This document shows, piece after piece, positions 1 to 12,105 of a stretch of 64,000 bases of DNA. Origin of the DNA: Klebsormidium nitens (lineage: Eukaryota > Plantae > Klebsormidiophyceae). The stretch is from contig DF237091.1 of NCBI GenBank assembly GCA_000708835.1, positions 62,001 to 126,000 on the forward strand, in the 5' to 3' direction. The notes below the pieces were generated by a model that did not search any database, was not told the origin of the DNA, and worked only from the letters and a program-made list of their open reading frames with translations. Position 1 is the stretch's first letter, and every line of letters starts with the position of its first letter. The position numbers and the translations under genes were made by a program.

Positions 1-3000
1 CTGCCGTCCGATGTCGGCTCGCTCTCGTACCGCTTCTTCTTCTATGCGGCCAGGTGAGATGCAAACGAGTGGTATCCAGAGAACGGCAGCCTTCGAGCTG
101 AGTCTTACAAAACGTTGAAGGACGTAAAGAAAGTCAAGCATCTGTTTGTGGAAACCTTTAGAGCTGCTCGTCTTTCCAGATATAAGCACAGTCGTTCCCA
201 TTTCGGACGCTTTTGTTCGTCCAATCTGTCAGTATTCCACCTTATGATTATTCCATATGGTTCTGACTTGTATGGGAACATGATATACAGCTCAAAGGAG
301 AGCACCAGAGAGGCGTATATAGAGACAGGGGGGTCATCGATGTAATCCTTTCTGCCTCCTCGCAGGGTGGCGTACCTTCTCTTCTCCACCTGCTCCTTCA
401 CGCCTGCGGTGCTACCCCTGGACGAGCGCCGCTTCAAGATCGTCTTCAAGCCGCTCGTTTCGTCAGCCGCGGTTGCGGAACAGCTCGAGAGCGTGAGAAT
501 TTCTTCGAATTCAAAACCTGAGCTTTTGCGTATGCTGCGCAAGATGGTCAACGATGCCTTCGGTATCGTTCGCTAGAGTCTCCCAAGGTTTGTTGCCTGC
601 AATTTCCTGAAGGAACGACGACTCCTCACATTGCCTGCCAGTATTTTCTGGATTGATTCTCGACGATTCTCAACCGCATTGGCCATCACAGCAATTTGGA
701 AGTCCTGCTCAGAAGTCATTTGTCCGCATTCCGTTGCGAACAGCATTCGCCTCGTCCTTGACAAGGATGATTTGAGTGTGGATTCATTGCGAAGCCTTCT
801 ACCTTTTCCCGTAACGCTTTTCCCGGTTAATGGCCAGACCCGAAGTCTGTTTCCAGCGGGCTCGTGGGTGCATTGCTTGCGCCCCCCCGTCATCTGCACA
901 AGAAATAGTCACTTCCATAGCGATCAGACCCACTTCTTCGGCTCCAGACAAATCAACCACCGATAACTCGAAATCTGCATGATCGCTGCAGCTGGCTGCT
1001 GCATACCCTGCAAACGACCCGTGCGTCGTTCTTGATGGGGAGGGCCCCCTGGCCGCCGAAAGCGGCACGCTGCACTGCGTCATGGCGGCCCTCACGCGGA
1101 GCGTCGCCAAGCTGGACTTCATGCACAAAAAACTCAAGGTGGGTGACGTCCTATCTTAGCCTATCGTTGAGCTTCTCAAGAGCGGAGGGGGGCCTTTGTT
1201 GAGCAAAGGCGCATGGGCGCGACAAGTCGTAATACCGCCCCTTTCGGGCAAGTTCTGATCGTTGTGGAGGAACTCGACTACTGCTTACCAAAAATGAAGT
1301 ATTGGTATCCTATCCTCTGACGGGTCCGTCTCACCCAGGAACATGTAAAAGCCGGAAACGAGGCCTCACCTGTAAATAGCCGCTTTGTCAGCAACGCCGC
1401 TGACGTCCTCACGAAATGCCCCCTTCAATTGATTCTGTTCAGCTTGCTTTTAATCAGTCTCGTTATGGTCGTCTTTGCAGGACAACCCTCCCAAGGAGTC
1501 CCTTGCCTTCTGGCGCCAGCAAGATTTCCACATCATGGCCCTCTCGGAACCGAGCACGGCCGCGGCCATTGCCAAGTACTTTGGTACGACCACCACTTTC
1601 TTCGACTTCTGGACCAAAAAAGCTCACCTTTGGCGCCTGAATTCAAGATTCGAAGGCCTATCGTTTGGAAAGTAGGAATCCACGGACTCGCTTCTTCCAT
1701 TTCAAGGATGCGAAACTTTCTACTAATCCAGACTTTGCGCAAAATAACTTCTGAAAGCATGCGGGAAGACGGAATAACCCTCTTGGTGCCTTTCAGCATT
1801 TTTTCGCCTCAAATCACTTGGTGGCCTCTTCCGCAATCTAATTTTCGAGACGCCAACAGTTGTTACGGCCCTCCCGACAACCGACCTGTTCTCTCGCAGG
1901 CCTGTTCGACCTTCTCAAGTTCGACATTGATGTCGAGATTCGGGTGCTTAAGAGCGAGACCGAGGCCCCAGACCCAGCCACGGGCATCAGCCCTTACACC
2001 CTGGGACTCTGGATGAAAAGGTGGAGACAGGCGTCCAATCCTGTGATGGTCATCTTCCGCAAGGCGTCAACCCTAGAAATTGCCATAGACGTCGCAATCG
2101 GTGTTCCTCTTCGAGAACAGAAAGGACTCCGGGTTCCTCGTGAACCTTGATTCAATATCGCGCAAACATAAATAATCTGAAACTGTTTCCTGAGCAACTT
2201 GCCGCCGACAAGAAAGCGTCTCAGCAATCGTGTCGGTTCTTGACTCTCAGGAAAGACGCCGGAGGAGAGCATGCTCCGCTTCACAGCTTCTTTCAGCAGA
2301 ACCCAGACAAGAAGGAGCAGGTGGGTCACTCTCGAGCGGTGTTCTCTCCTTTCTCCCCCACGCCATCTTCTGTATCGCTCTGCCCAGAGAGGCTCGCGCT
2401 GAGGGGGAAAAGATAAAACTCTTCTCTTCTTCTTGAGATTCTCCAAGTGCGAATTGAAATCAAGTTACTGGAAGACGAGAGAACCAAATCTGTGCCTAAT
2501 AGTTTCAAATCCAAACTCTCTCCATTCCGTTGCCCAGGTGCTGAAGTTCCTATCGAGCCTGGCACCATACTTGGAGGGCATCGAGAAGCTGCTGATGCAG
2601 GCGAGCATCCCGCTGCGCGGATCCACCTTCGAGACGTTCATTATCGACACCGCGTTGCTGCTGGCCAACCTGGGTATCTCGGTTGCCCTACCCCGGGAGC
2701 TCAAAAAGGTGAACCTCTTTTCCAGAACTCCAGGGAATTTGGGAATTGGGCAGTTGGAGGGGTGTGGGAGTCTGTGCTGAAGTCGCTTGGACTTGCCGCA
2801 CTCTGGCCCGGAGGTTGCATCCGAGCAAGGTTGCAGGTCGTCTTTCTGATTCAGAGTTTGGAAGGCCGTTCAAAACTCACGAGGACGTCAAACGGATACA
2901 TGTGAATAGAGAGCCCCCAATTGCTGAATGGATCTAGAAAAAGCAAGATATTTCTAGTTTCTCCGACCGCCTCACGCTTGTTCAATCTAAGAAACTGATG

Positions 3001-6000
3001 AGAAGCGCGTCCAGTCATGCACCAGGTTTAAAGATGGCGAAACCCAAAAAACCGGATGAAGTGGACTGGGTCACTGCTGTTACCAAATTATGCTGACGAG
3101 CTCTTTGCTTTCGCCCCAAACTTGGACGCAAATAGTCGACTCAAGCTTTGTTATACTCCTAGAATATGAAAAGGACTAGAATATGAAAAGGACAAATACA
3201 CAATAAGTTTACTGGGGACCAAAGTGAGATCGTACTGGCTTTTCCGTTCTGCAGATCATCCGGCCCCGCGCTGTCGTTCGAGCAAGCGGCCGGGACGGCG
3301 ACGCGAGCAACAAGTCGCACCAGTCCTACCTCATGCTGCCGCAGCTGCTGACGTATGACTGGCAGGCAAGCAGACTCAATCTTGTCCTTTTCCGTATCGC
3401 TCGCTTTTCCTGCCAACTTCCCGCAACGTTTCACAGGCTGATTACCATTGCTGGACTCTGAATTGCTATTCTGCAGTTCGCATAATCTGCTGATCTTGGT
3501 TTCCGAGTGCGAAACGAGCATACTAAATCCCTACCTCGCAACTTATGAGGTATCAGTGCAGTAATGTGCTTGGTCTATAATTCTGGCCCATTTTTACGGG
3601 TTGTTCCAATCATGTCCAGCCAAGCAACCTGAGCAAGAATTCAGAGTCGAGTAACTCAGAGTGACCGCGTTTGTCCTTGAACTTGCAGATCGCAGTTGGG
3701 GACGTGGTCATCACCGTCGCGGACTTCAAGCAAATGGTCAGGGAGGGGCGCAAGATCATCCGCTACAAGGACGAGTAAGTTAAGCACGGATGTCGTAATG
3801 CTTTCAACTCGCAAATTTCGATCTCCGACTTCCTTGGCCCCACAGCTTTGGGTACAGTTTAGTGCTTCTCCTTGGCCCCACAGCTTTGGGTACAGTTTAG
3901 TGCTTCTCTTTCAGCAGCCGTTGTGCGATCGGCCCGGGACGTTATTTTCTTCCGACACAAGAAAGACACTTGGCCGGTTTTCCTTCCGTCCAACCGATGC
4001 TCCTTTAGCTTGGAAAGAAACCCGGTGCTTGAAACGGCGAGTCAGACACAGGAAGTCACTGCTGAAGTGGTCGGGGGATCCAACACGCAAACCTCTCTAC
4101 ACCCCTGTTTATGCGCACTCCACACCGCCCGCAAAGTTCATGAATGCTCACAGAGAAAACCAGAACGGAGTGGGAGGATTTCTGGTTGATTTCCATAATC
4201 CAAGTCAACCCTGACCATCCTCTTTATAACTCAGGTACGTAGCGCTGTCGTCGGAAGAGATCAAGGCGATGCTGGAGCAGGTCGCCAAGCCGGTGCCCCG
4301 CCTGTCCAGCTCCGACCTCCTGAAGGCGTCCCTTTCCGGCGACCGCGCCGTCTGGCTGGACGCTGATGTGACACAGCTCCTGGCGGGAATGACCCGGAGC
4401 AAGGAATTCCCGCTGCCGCAGGGACTGCAGGTTGGTCATGCTCACCCAACCAATTTGAAAGGAGTTCTTTCAGAATTGTCGCGGACCTGTATGTACCAGG
4501 TTCTTCCAAACGAGAAGTATGAGACTGTTGAGATATGTAGTGGCAATAGGAGTCTATCAAGGTCATGCAAGCCAGCAAATATAGATTGAATGGCAGCCTC
4601 TTCTGCACAGCAGTAATCGAGAGGTGAGATGTTGGAACTGTTCAGAACCTTCCTTCCTTAGTAGAAAGCGACCGTCAATCGAACACCCCGTAGCTCACTT
4701 GTAATTGCGTTGCAATTCTTATGGCGACCTGAAAGAATGCATTCTGACTGGCTGAGCAGGCACAACTGCGCGAGTACCAACAGAAAGGCTTCTGCTGGCT
4801 GACGTCCATTCTGAGCCACGGCTTTGGGGGCATCTTGGCGGACGACATGGTGAGACTTCACGCCCTTCTCTTTGCGGTGTGCTTACGGCTCATCTCGATG
4901 TTCGTTTGCAACTCGTCTTGATTCCATCCGACCAGGAGATTTCAACGACCGAGTGACCTGGCAAAGCACTGGCGAGTGGAAAGCCGCCCGGAACCGTCAA
5001 CATTAGAAGAGTAGTACTACAACGACGAGAAAGGGTGCGGTCATGCGAAAAGCTTCTGAGAGTCCGAAGAACGACGATTCAGCCGACTTCGTTGGTTGAG
5101 CGTTGGATTCTTGGACAGGCATATCTGCTTCATTCGCCTCTTCACAATAGGAAAGCGCGCTGCTTTCTTGTTAAATTGAGAATATTATAGGCGACAACAC
5201 CGAATGGCGCGCTCTGCGCACATGTCTGTAGGCATCTGCGCGCCTCTTTTAAGGCCTCCAGTCCTTATCACAGGGTCTCGGCAAAACCATCCAAACGATC
5301 ACCGTCCTGCTCCACCTGAAAGAACGCGGCCAGCTGACGTCACCGGCTCTGTTGGTTGTGCCCACTTCGCTCATCAGGTGAGAATGTATTCCCTGGCTGC
5401 TCCTTTCTATCTACTCTCTCCGGGAGCAACAGCAGCTTCGACGTTTACACTCATTTTTGGAAACGAAAAGATGCTGTGAAGGTGCATTCGACGCGATCGA
5501 TCTTGTGCATGGTATAGTGACATCTTGTGCATGGAACATAGTCTCAGCACTTCCGCCTCGCTTACGAGCAGCCCACAGAGCTTGGTCCTTCGCTCTTCCC
5601 TACATACATAGCTAAAACCTTCCGGGCAATGTCAGATTGATCGCGCGTCCCAAAAGCTTACGTCAGCAAGGCAGCGCTCAACCTTTTAAGTTGCGCTTTT
5701 CGCCGTCTGACTGCATGTGACCACCTTCTACCGCCACAATCGGGAGCCCCTTGAACATCGACCAACGCTGGTTTTGGCTGAACCTGTCTGACACCCAAAA
5801 CTCTTTTCTGCTCGCAGCAACTGGGAGAAGGAGATTGCGCGCTTCGCTCCCTCGCTCCGCGTGACCACCTTCTACGGCGGCAACAGGAAGCTTCAGAGTG
5901 TCGACGCCAACACCGGCGCCGTTCAGGCGGCGCGCGCCGCGGGGCCAGACAGCACCAAGAAGGCGCGTGTGGAGGCCGCCGCTGACGTCATCCTGACAAG

Positions 6001-9000
6001 CTATCAGGTGAGCTCTAGAATCGGGTCGGTGCGTTGGTAGTGCGGGCGAGGCCAAACCGGCCCGCTGCAGTTGGTAGTGCATCCGGGAATGCTTGGTCGA
6101 TCCTGAATTGTGAGGTGCTTGAAGACGTTACACTACTGGTTAGGGGGAAATGGAAAGGTTTTAAAAAACGACTTCTCGGCGAGAAGTCAAGGGGCGAATC
6201 ACAGCAGCGGTCATAGCCGCTGTTGCTTCAAGAGCCAAACTGCTGTGTGGCGCGCTCGCTTGAGTTGTCTAGCGCTCGACGACCCGGAGTAGAACCGCGG
6301 CCGCTGTTCATCAAGCGGCTGTGTATTGAACTGTTTTGTCGTCGAGATACGGACTTCAAAAAGTGCTAGAAAGCGTTACATCAGAGCACTATGATGCCTG
6401 ACCGGATCTTCTTTTGATTGTTTCAGTGCATGCGCATCGACGTGGAGGCGCTGCGGAAGCAGCGGCTGTCGTGCCTGGTGATCGACGAGGCGCAGAACAT
6501 CAAGAACAACAAGGCGGCCACGACCAAGGCGCTCAAGAGCATCAAGGTGGGCCCACCGAGGGCCGTTGCCTTGGCTCGTTGCTCCCGCATATTTTGTCGT
6601 ATGTTCCAGCTGTGAGTTGGATGCTGAGCTAGCTCCGATCGTGCTAAAAGCCGAAAGTTGGATCTGAGGAGACAGAGGGTGCGCTGATGATCCAAGTGAA
6701 ACTGTTCCGCAATGAAGACCTCAGCCGAAGGTTTTGTTTGCAGGCCGGCTTTCGGATTGCGCTGTCGGGAACTCCAGGTGAGACTTCAATCACTTCAGTT
6801 GATTTTGCCTGGTCGAGGCACTTCGAATCCTCCCTGGCTTGGAGCCGCTTTCTGAGGGACCGAACATCTTGCGTTTGGCTTGTCAAGTACGTTTCCCTGA
6901 TCGTTCAGAATATCGCAGAAAACGCTGAGCTTGGCCTTTACGGAGAAGAGAATCCATCGTTCGCCTGATTAAGTAGCAATGCGAAGCTGAAAGTCTCGTT
7001 GCTCAGTTGCGCGTCTGTGACCGCGGAAGGTAACTTCTAGATAAAGGCGGTTTGTTCCAGGATCAGAGTGGGTTGGATTGCTGGCCCAGCGAATTGGCCG
7101 ATAGCTCCTTATTATACGGCTAGAATTGCTCGCTAGAAGAGCACTTTGCTCACTGAAAGCATTTCGATCTGCTGGAAGCCTCCGCGAGACTCACTTTCAC
7201 CCCACAGGCGAGACCTCTTAATCAAGTCTACCCTCTGAACCACACTGCAACCCGCACTTTCAACCTCTATCTTTGCCGCAGTTGAGAACAACCTGAGCGA
7301 GCTGCACTCCATCTTCGACTTCGTGATGCCGGGCTACCTGGGCACGCTCAAGGACTTTGCCACCGACTTTTCGAAGGACATCGAAGTCAGGTGGGCCGCC
7401 TGAGGCGTTCTATGCGAAGAAGCCGGCAACTTCGCTGTGGTGGTCTCGGGTGGCTTCTGATTCAAGGGGAGGGCGCAAGCTTGGTTCTCTCAAAGTCAGC
7501 GAGGAGGACCTAGTCGAAAGTCAACACCTTCGCTGAAAGCTGGCACCGTAGCGGAACGAGCTTGTAGTGGGAGTCCTGGAACTTCCAGGATCAGTTGATC
7601 TGCTGACGCCCGTGCTTCTTGATGCGCTCTGTGACCTCTCCGTCCGCTTATCGGCTGTGACTCCGGCAGAGCGGGTTAAATCCCGATTGAACGGGACCCC
7701 TTGAGGATTGCTCCTCAATGCTCTCAACCTCTCAAGCTGAACGAACATGACGCTGATCAAACGCCTTGAAGGACGCACTTGATGACGTCGGCTTCATGTA
7801 AAAGCAGAATTTGCCCCAAGTCCGAGTCGGTTTATGTGATGTTGTGCCACAATTTACGTCCAGGCGCGACGAAGAGAAGCTGGCGAAGCTGAAGGCGGTT
7901 ACGGCGCCTTTCATGCTGCGCCGGCTAAAGACCGACCGCAGCATCATCAAGGACCTTCCAGACAAGGTCCGAAACCCGCTTAGCTTAAGGGTCAAGGGAA
8001 TCTCAGGTTGCTTCCTGCAGTCACGTGGCTGTGTGCGTCCGCTCTTCCAAAGTAAATACCTTCTTAAACGAAAGTCCCCGCCCTGCACCTTGTTGGAGGC
8101 GTCCTATTAGTCAAGGGATGTTGCGTACATTTGGGTGCCGGGGGCGGCGGAGATTTGAATAGCGTCGTTCGAGAAAAAATCTCCCACTTTTGCTGGCTTT
8201 AAATGATCTTTTCTCTCTATCCACTTTCAGGAATTGAGATAAACCAAGTGAACAGAGATGAGTCAGCACATCAGGGTCGAATTGTCGGAGAATGTCGTCG
8301 TTGCTGCTCGCTAATCCTCTTAACTTTTTCTCGACTCCTAAACAGGAGCAGGATTTTAATTTTGGAATCCGAGGTAGGACTTTCACCTCTTTCCCATCAA
8401 CGTCTTCATTTAGAATCCAATAGTTACCCTCACTTTCCTGCTTCCCCTTCCACCAGATCGTATCGGACACGTTTGCGACGCTGAGCAAGACACAGGCCGC
8501 GTTGTACGAAGGCGTGGTCCAGGAAAACCTCGAGAAAATGGCGACCATGGAGCCCGCAGCACGGCGAGGGTGGGCGCCTAACACATCTAGACTCCCCTTG
8601 TGTTCATAATCTTAAGGAGGACCGTTTTCTGAACGATTCCTCCCTGTGTCCAAACACAGAATGGTCTGTCTTCCCTTGGGCTATGGCTTGATCTAATAAA
8701 ATTAGTTCTTATGGTTTTTACATCGCCTTCTTTTCTTAGTCTTTCCCTTTACTAAAAGAGAAATCAGCAGGAAAACCGTCAAGTGTGTCGTGCTGCGAAA
8801 GACGTGGGCTTGCATTTGACACAGGAGTTGGGGTGCCCAGATCCAATACTTGAACACCACAATCACAAGACCTGGCAGTGCTGGCGGTCACTCTTTCAGA
8901 TGTTAGTTTTTCTCCCGAAGACGGCACTCCGTGCAACCTTTTGAAGAAATCAAAGACAAACTAGTATGATGAATCTGCTGGACGACCCCCCGCTTGGCAC

Positions 9001-12000
9001 CAGATTAGACCACGTGCGCACTCGCTTTGTCCGAGCAATTGTCAGCGCATCAGACGGTACTGTCGTGTATCACCGCAGGCTCATCTTCAAGCTGCTGACG
9101 GCGCTGAAGCAGATCTGCAACCACCCCGCGAACTACAACGCCTCTGCAGCGATGGTTCCGGATGACGTAAGCAACTATCTGCCTTATCAGAAAAGCTGCT
9201 TCGAATGGATGTGCGAGAAGGTCTGCGTCTCTTCTTACGCCATCCGTTTGATATCGAGAAGCGAGCTGCCACTAATTCCAGCCGAGATAAGGCCCAGGAA
9301 AGGTGCCTCTAAAAGAACGTCTTTCGAACACTCAGAGCGGTACGAAACTGTGACGAGGTTGACATGGACGTAACCAGATTAGGGCAAGCATGCAACCAAA
9401 CACTCTACCTTACCGACTGGACAAAAGACTTCTTCCTTCTACGACAGAGCGGAAAGGCGACCCTGCTGAACACGTTGCTGGAGACGATCATTGAAAAAGG
9501 AGAGAAGGTCCTCATCTTCACACAGGTGGGCAGCCCCTGTCTCCTTTCCAAATTCGCACCGCGGTTATCGAGGATCTTATGTGCATATCGTGGGCGTCAA
9601 TTTGCTTGCTGCGACGCAAAGACTCTTAAGATATGGTTTCGGATGAGAATTGTCGGACAGTTCGAGAAGGAGAGCCGGTACCTCAACGTCCTGGATAAAA
9701 ATGCATCTCTGGTAAAGAATCTCCTTCAATTGGGGTAAGATACCAAGTTTGCTGTACGGAAACATGCAGAGACAGATACGAGGCTCTGAGGCGACAGAAT
9801 GACAATTTCTTGGGCACGGTTAAGCAACCGCTTAACCGCTTAACCGCTTAACCGCTTAACCGTAGTCACAGTGAATGATAAACGTCCCGCCCTCGTATCC
9901 GATTTCGTCCGCGTCGTCCTGTCGCTTTGCGCCGCCGCACTGAAGCATACTGTTCGGACATTGCAGTACGTCCGCATGGCCCACCTACTGTCCGCCATGA
10001 TCAAGAAGACCCACCTGGTGCAGCCGCTACTACTAGAGGTAAGGAGTCATGATATCGGGTTCACGGACCTTAACGTTGGGTAATCAGGGTTTACCATGTC
10101 TGTGGAAGGCGGTGATCGGGGGTTATATCGTCTGGGCTCAGGAGCTACGTTTGGTAGGATTTGATCAAGCGTAAGCGGTTTGCCCAGCTCTAGATTGATG
10201 GATCTTGGACTTTTGTACCGCCTGAGTGCTGATTGGCAGTCTTACTTCAATGCCTACACCCCGCCGAACTCTCCAGTGTCGCCCAGAAACCGCACTCCTC
10301 GGTCGCATCTCGTGAACCTTCCCGGCGCCCACATCATAGCCAAAGCCTTATGCTAATGTTTTGTAAAGGGTCTGGGTTAGATAACGGTCTGTAGGATTGT
10401 TTTACGGATTCAGGATAAATCAAAGATCGCGCTTGAACCTGGCCGGCACGCAGCAAAGCGAAGCTGACCGCCCGCGCTTTGCTCCTCGCAGGGGTCCATG
10501 TCCAAAGCCGACCGCGACAAAGGCGTGCACAAGTTCCAGACGGACCCCTCAGCGCACGTCTTCATTCTGTCCCTCAAAGGCGGGCGGCGTTGGGTTGAAC
10601 CTGACCGCGGGCAACCACGTCGTCCACTACGACCTCTGGTGAGTAACGCACCGTCCTTCGAGCATCTCTTCACCGGCCTACTGGTTTTTAACAACGGTGA
10701 AGCGAGGGAAATGGAAATGCTGCGTTGCATTTCCGTTCGTTTGTGTGCTTGTTCTTGTCCAACCATTCGACTCACGCTGTGAAACAGAATCCTCAAGCTT
10801 CCGCCGTCTGCGCCGTAAGTCATTTCCCCGTAAACATTTAAAAAGCAGACTTTTCCGGAAGCAGCCAGTTGAGGTTTGTCCTCGGTACGCCTTGGCCGCT
10901 CACCGACCAGATGCATGGTGTACGGATGCACTCCTGTTGTTCCGCATTGCTTACCTTGACAGACCGTAGAAGATCGTCAATCTCCCGTAAAATCGCTCAT
11001 GAGGATGGCATCATATGAACGACACAGATTTGCTTGGCTTCTGAGGGCGCTTGCAATCAAAAACATCCCTAAACCGAACAGGATTCGAGCAACCGTCTCA
11101 AGACATTGTCGGAAGGGTAACGTACGATGAAGCGCCAGTGAACGCCGTACGATCCCATGGTTCTGCTTTCTAGTCTGCCGTATCCCTTGAAAATAATGGC
11201 AAACAAAGTGCTCACGCTTCGTTGCAGGTGGAACCCGGCTGTTGAGGCCCAGGCGACGGACCGTGCCTTCCGCATCGGGCAGCAGAAGAACGTCTTCGTG
11301 TACCGCTTCATCACGACCGGTACTTTTGAGGTAGGCCGCGCCGCCAGGCTGGCTAAACTTCAAGGTTCTGCTTTCCTAACCCAGATTTCCGTTCTTCATG
11401 ACACTTACCGAAGGACAATACCTTCGACCCTAAGCAGTAATTCTTCGTAACAGGCGGCGTCTTCTCTAATTCTTCTACCACTTTCGGGAAGCCGAGAAGC
11501 TCGACCATGTTAGATTCGTCAATGAAAGCGGCATGATTCCGCGGCCCACAGATCCAATCGAAGAGTGGAAGGCGCTTACGGTCATGCGAGATGTTTCAAA
11601 CCTTAAATGGAAAAAGGCGCTGTGCAAAGTCTGTTCAAGGATGCTTTTCACAGTCACCTTTTTCGGAGAAGCACGTGGGTGTTGACTTCACGAGATTCAT
11701 CTCTACCTTCCATAGAAGGTCCGGAATTCCCTGCTACCCTGCACGCGAGTATCTGTAAAGAAACTCAAAGCTAGTCATTTCACGTCTGCCGCGGGTCTTG
11801 CCCAACCCCGTGGTCGGGGAACTTCAGTACGAAGATCCAAAGCGCCTCAATTGAGTTACTAAAGTCCGCAAACTTGCTTTCGACGACGCCAGATCGAGCT
11901 GACGGCACCAAGTCGACGGTCAAGACACAAACGTCACCATCTGAGAGTTGGGCAACCGGCAACCACTTCGCTTATGCAGGAAAAGATCAACGAGATGATG

Positions 12001-12105
12001 TCCAAGAAGAAGGAGCTGTCGGACCTCAGCATGAGCACCGGAGAGAGCTGGATCGCAGACATGTCGGACGAGGAGTTGCGCCAGCTCTTTGCACGCCATG
12101 AGTAG
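1..12105 (+). CDS. Swi2/Snf2-family helicase/translocase of bacterial-archaeal (SSO1653 / SWIM-SNF2-like) type; 5' end lies upstream of the window; 24 exons visible, ~874 aa
   Basis: Phase-consistent exons: 1-53, 366-492, 992-1138, 1481-1583, 1900-2020, 2287-2320, 2538-2708, 3255-3365, 3689-3774, 4235-4430, 4760-4849, 5274-5377, 5818-6007, 6427-6546, 6744-6777, 7282-7390, 7864-7966, 8457-8569, 9079-9166, 9448-9525, 9967-10038, 10492-10638 (one base too long), 11228-11330, 11980-12105 (TAG). The translation shows [20 protein letters not shown] (motif I), VVPTSLISNWEKE (Ia), DEAQNIKN (II), [20 protein letters not shown] (III), [20 protein letters not shown] (IV), [13 protein letters not shown] (V), [21 protein letters not shown] (VI) and C-terminal [17 protein letters not shown]. 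Confidence 0.93.
3159..3192. repeat. perfect 17-bp tandem duplication (CTAGAATATGAAAAGGA x2) in a helicase intron
   Basis: Read directly from the sequence. Confidence 0.9.
3366..3688 (+). other. non-canonical GC-AG intron in the SNF2 gene
   Basis: CAG|GCAAGC donor after ...LLTYDWQ. The exon 3255-3365 is exactly 37 codons and joins in frame to IAVGDVV after TTGCAG at 3688. Confidence 0.75.
3831..3906. repeat. perfect 38-bp tandem duplication in a helicase intron
   Basis: TCCTTGGCCCCACAGCTTTGGGTACAGTTTAGTGCTTC occurs at 3831-3868 and 3869-3906. Confidence 0.95.
9817..9862. repeat. (AACCGCTT)4.6 microsatellite preceded by an inverted copy (CGGTTAAGC)
   Basis: Read directly from the sequence. 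Confidence 0.9.

Noticed and set aside
105-2446. Several 100-195-aa ORFs in the six-frame track overlapping the helicase 5' region
   Set aside because: They are intron read-throughs or antisense frames; the spliced model explains the conserved segments.
2994-3097. TGATGA...CTGA spaced like a C/D snoRNA
   Set aside because: No terminal stem and no rRNA-complementary guide that I could identify.
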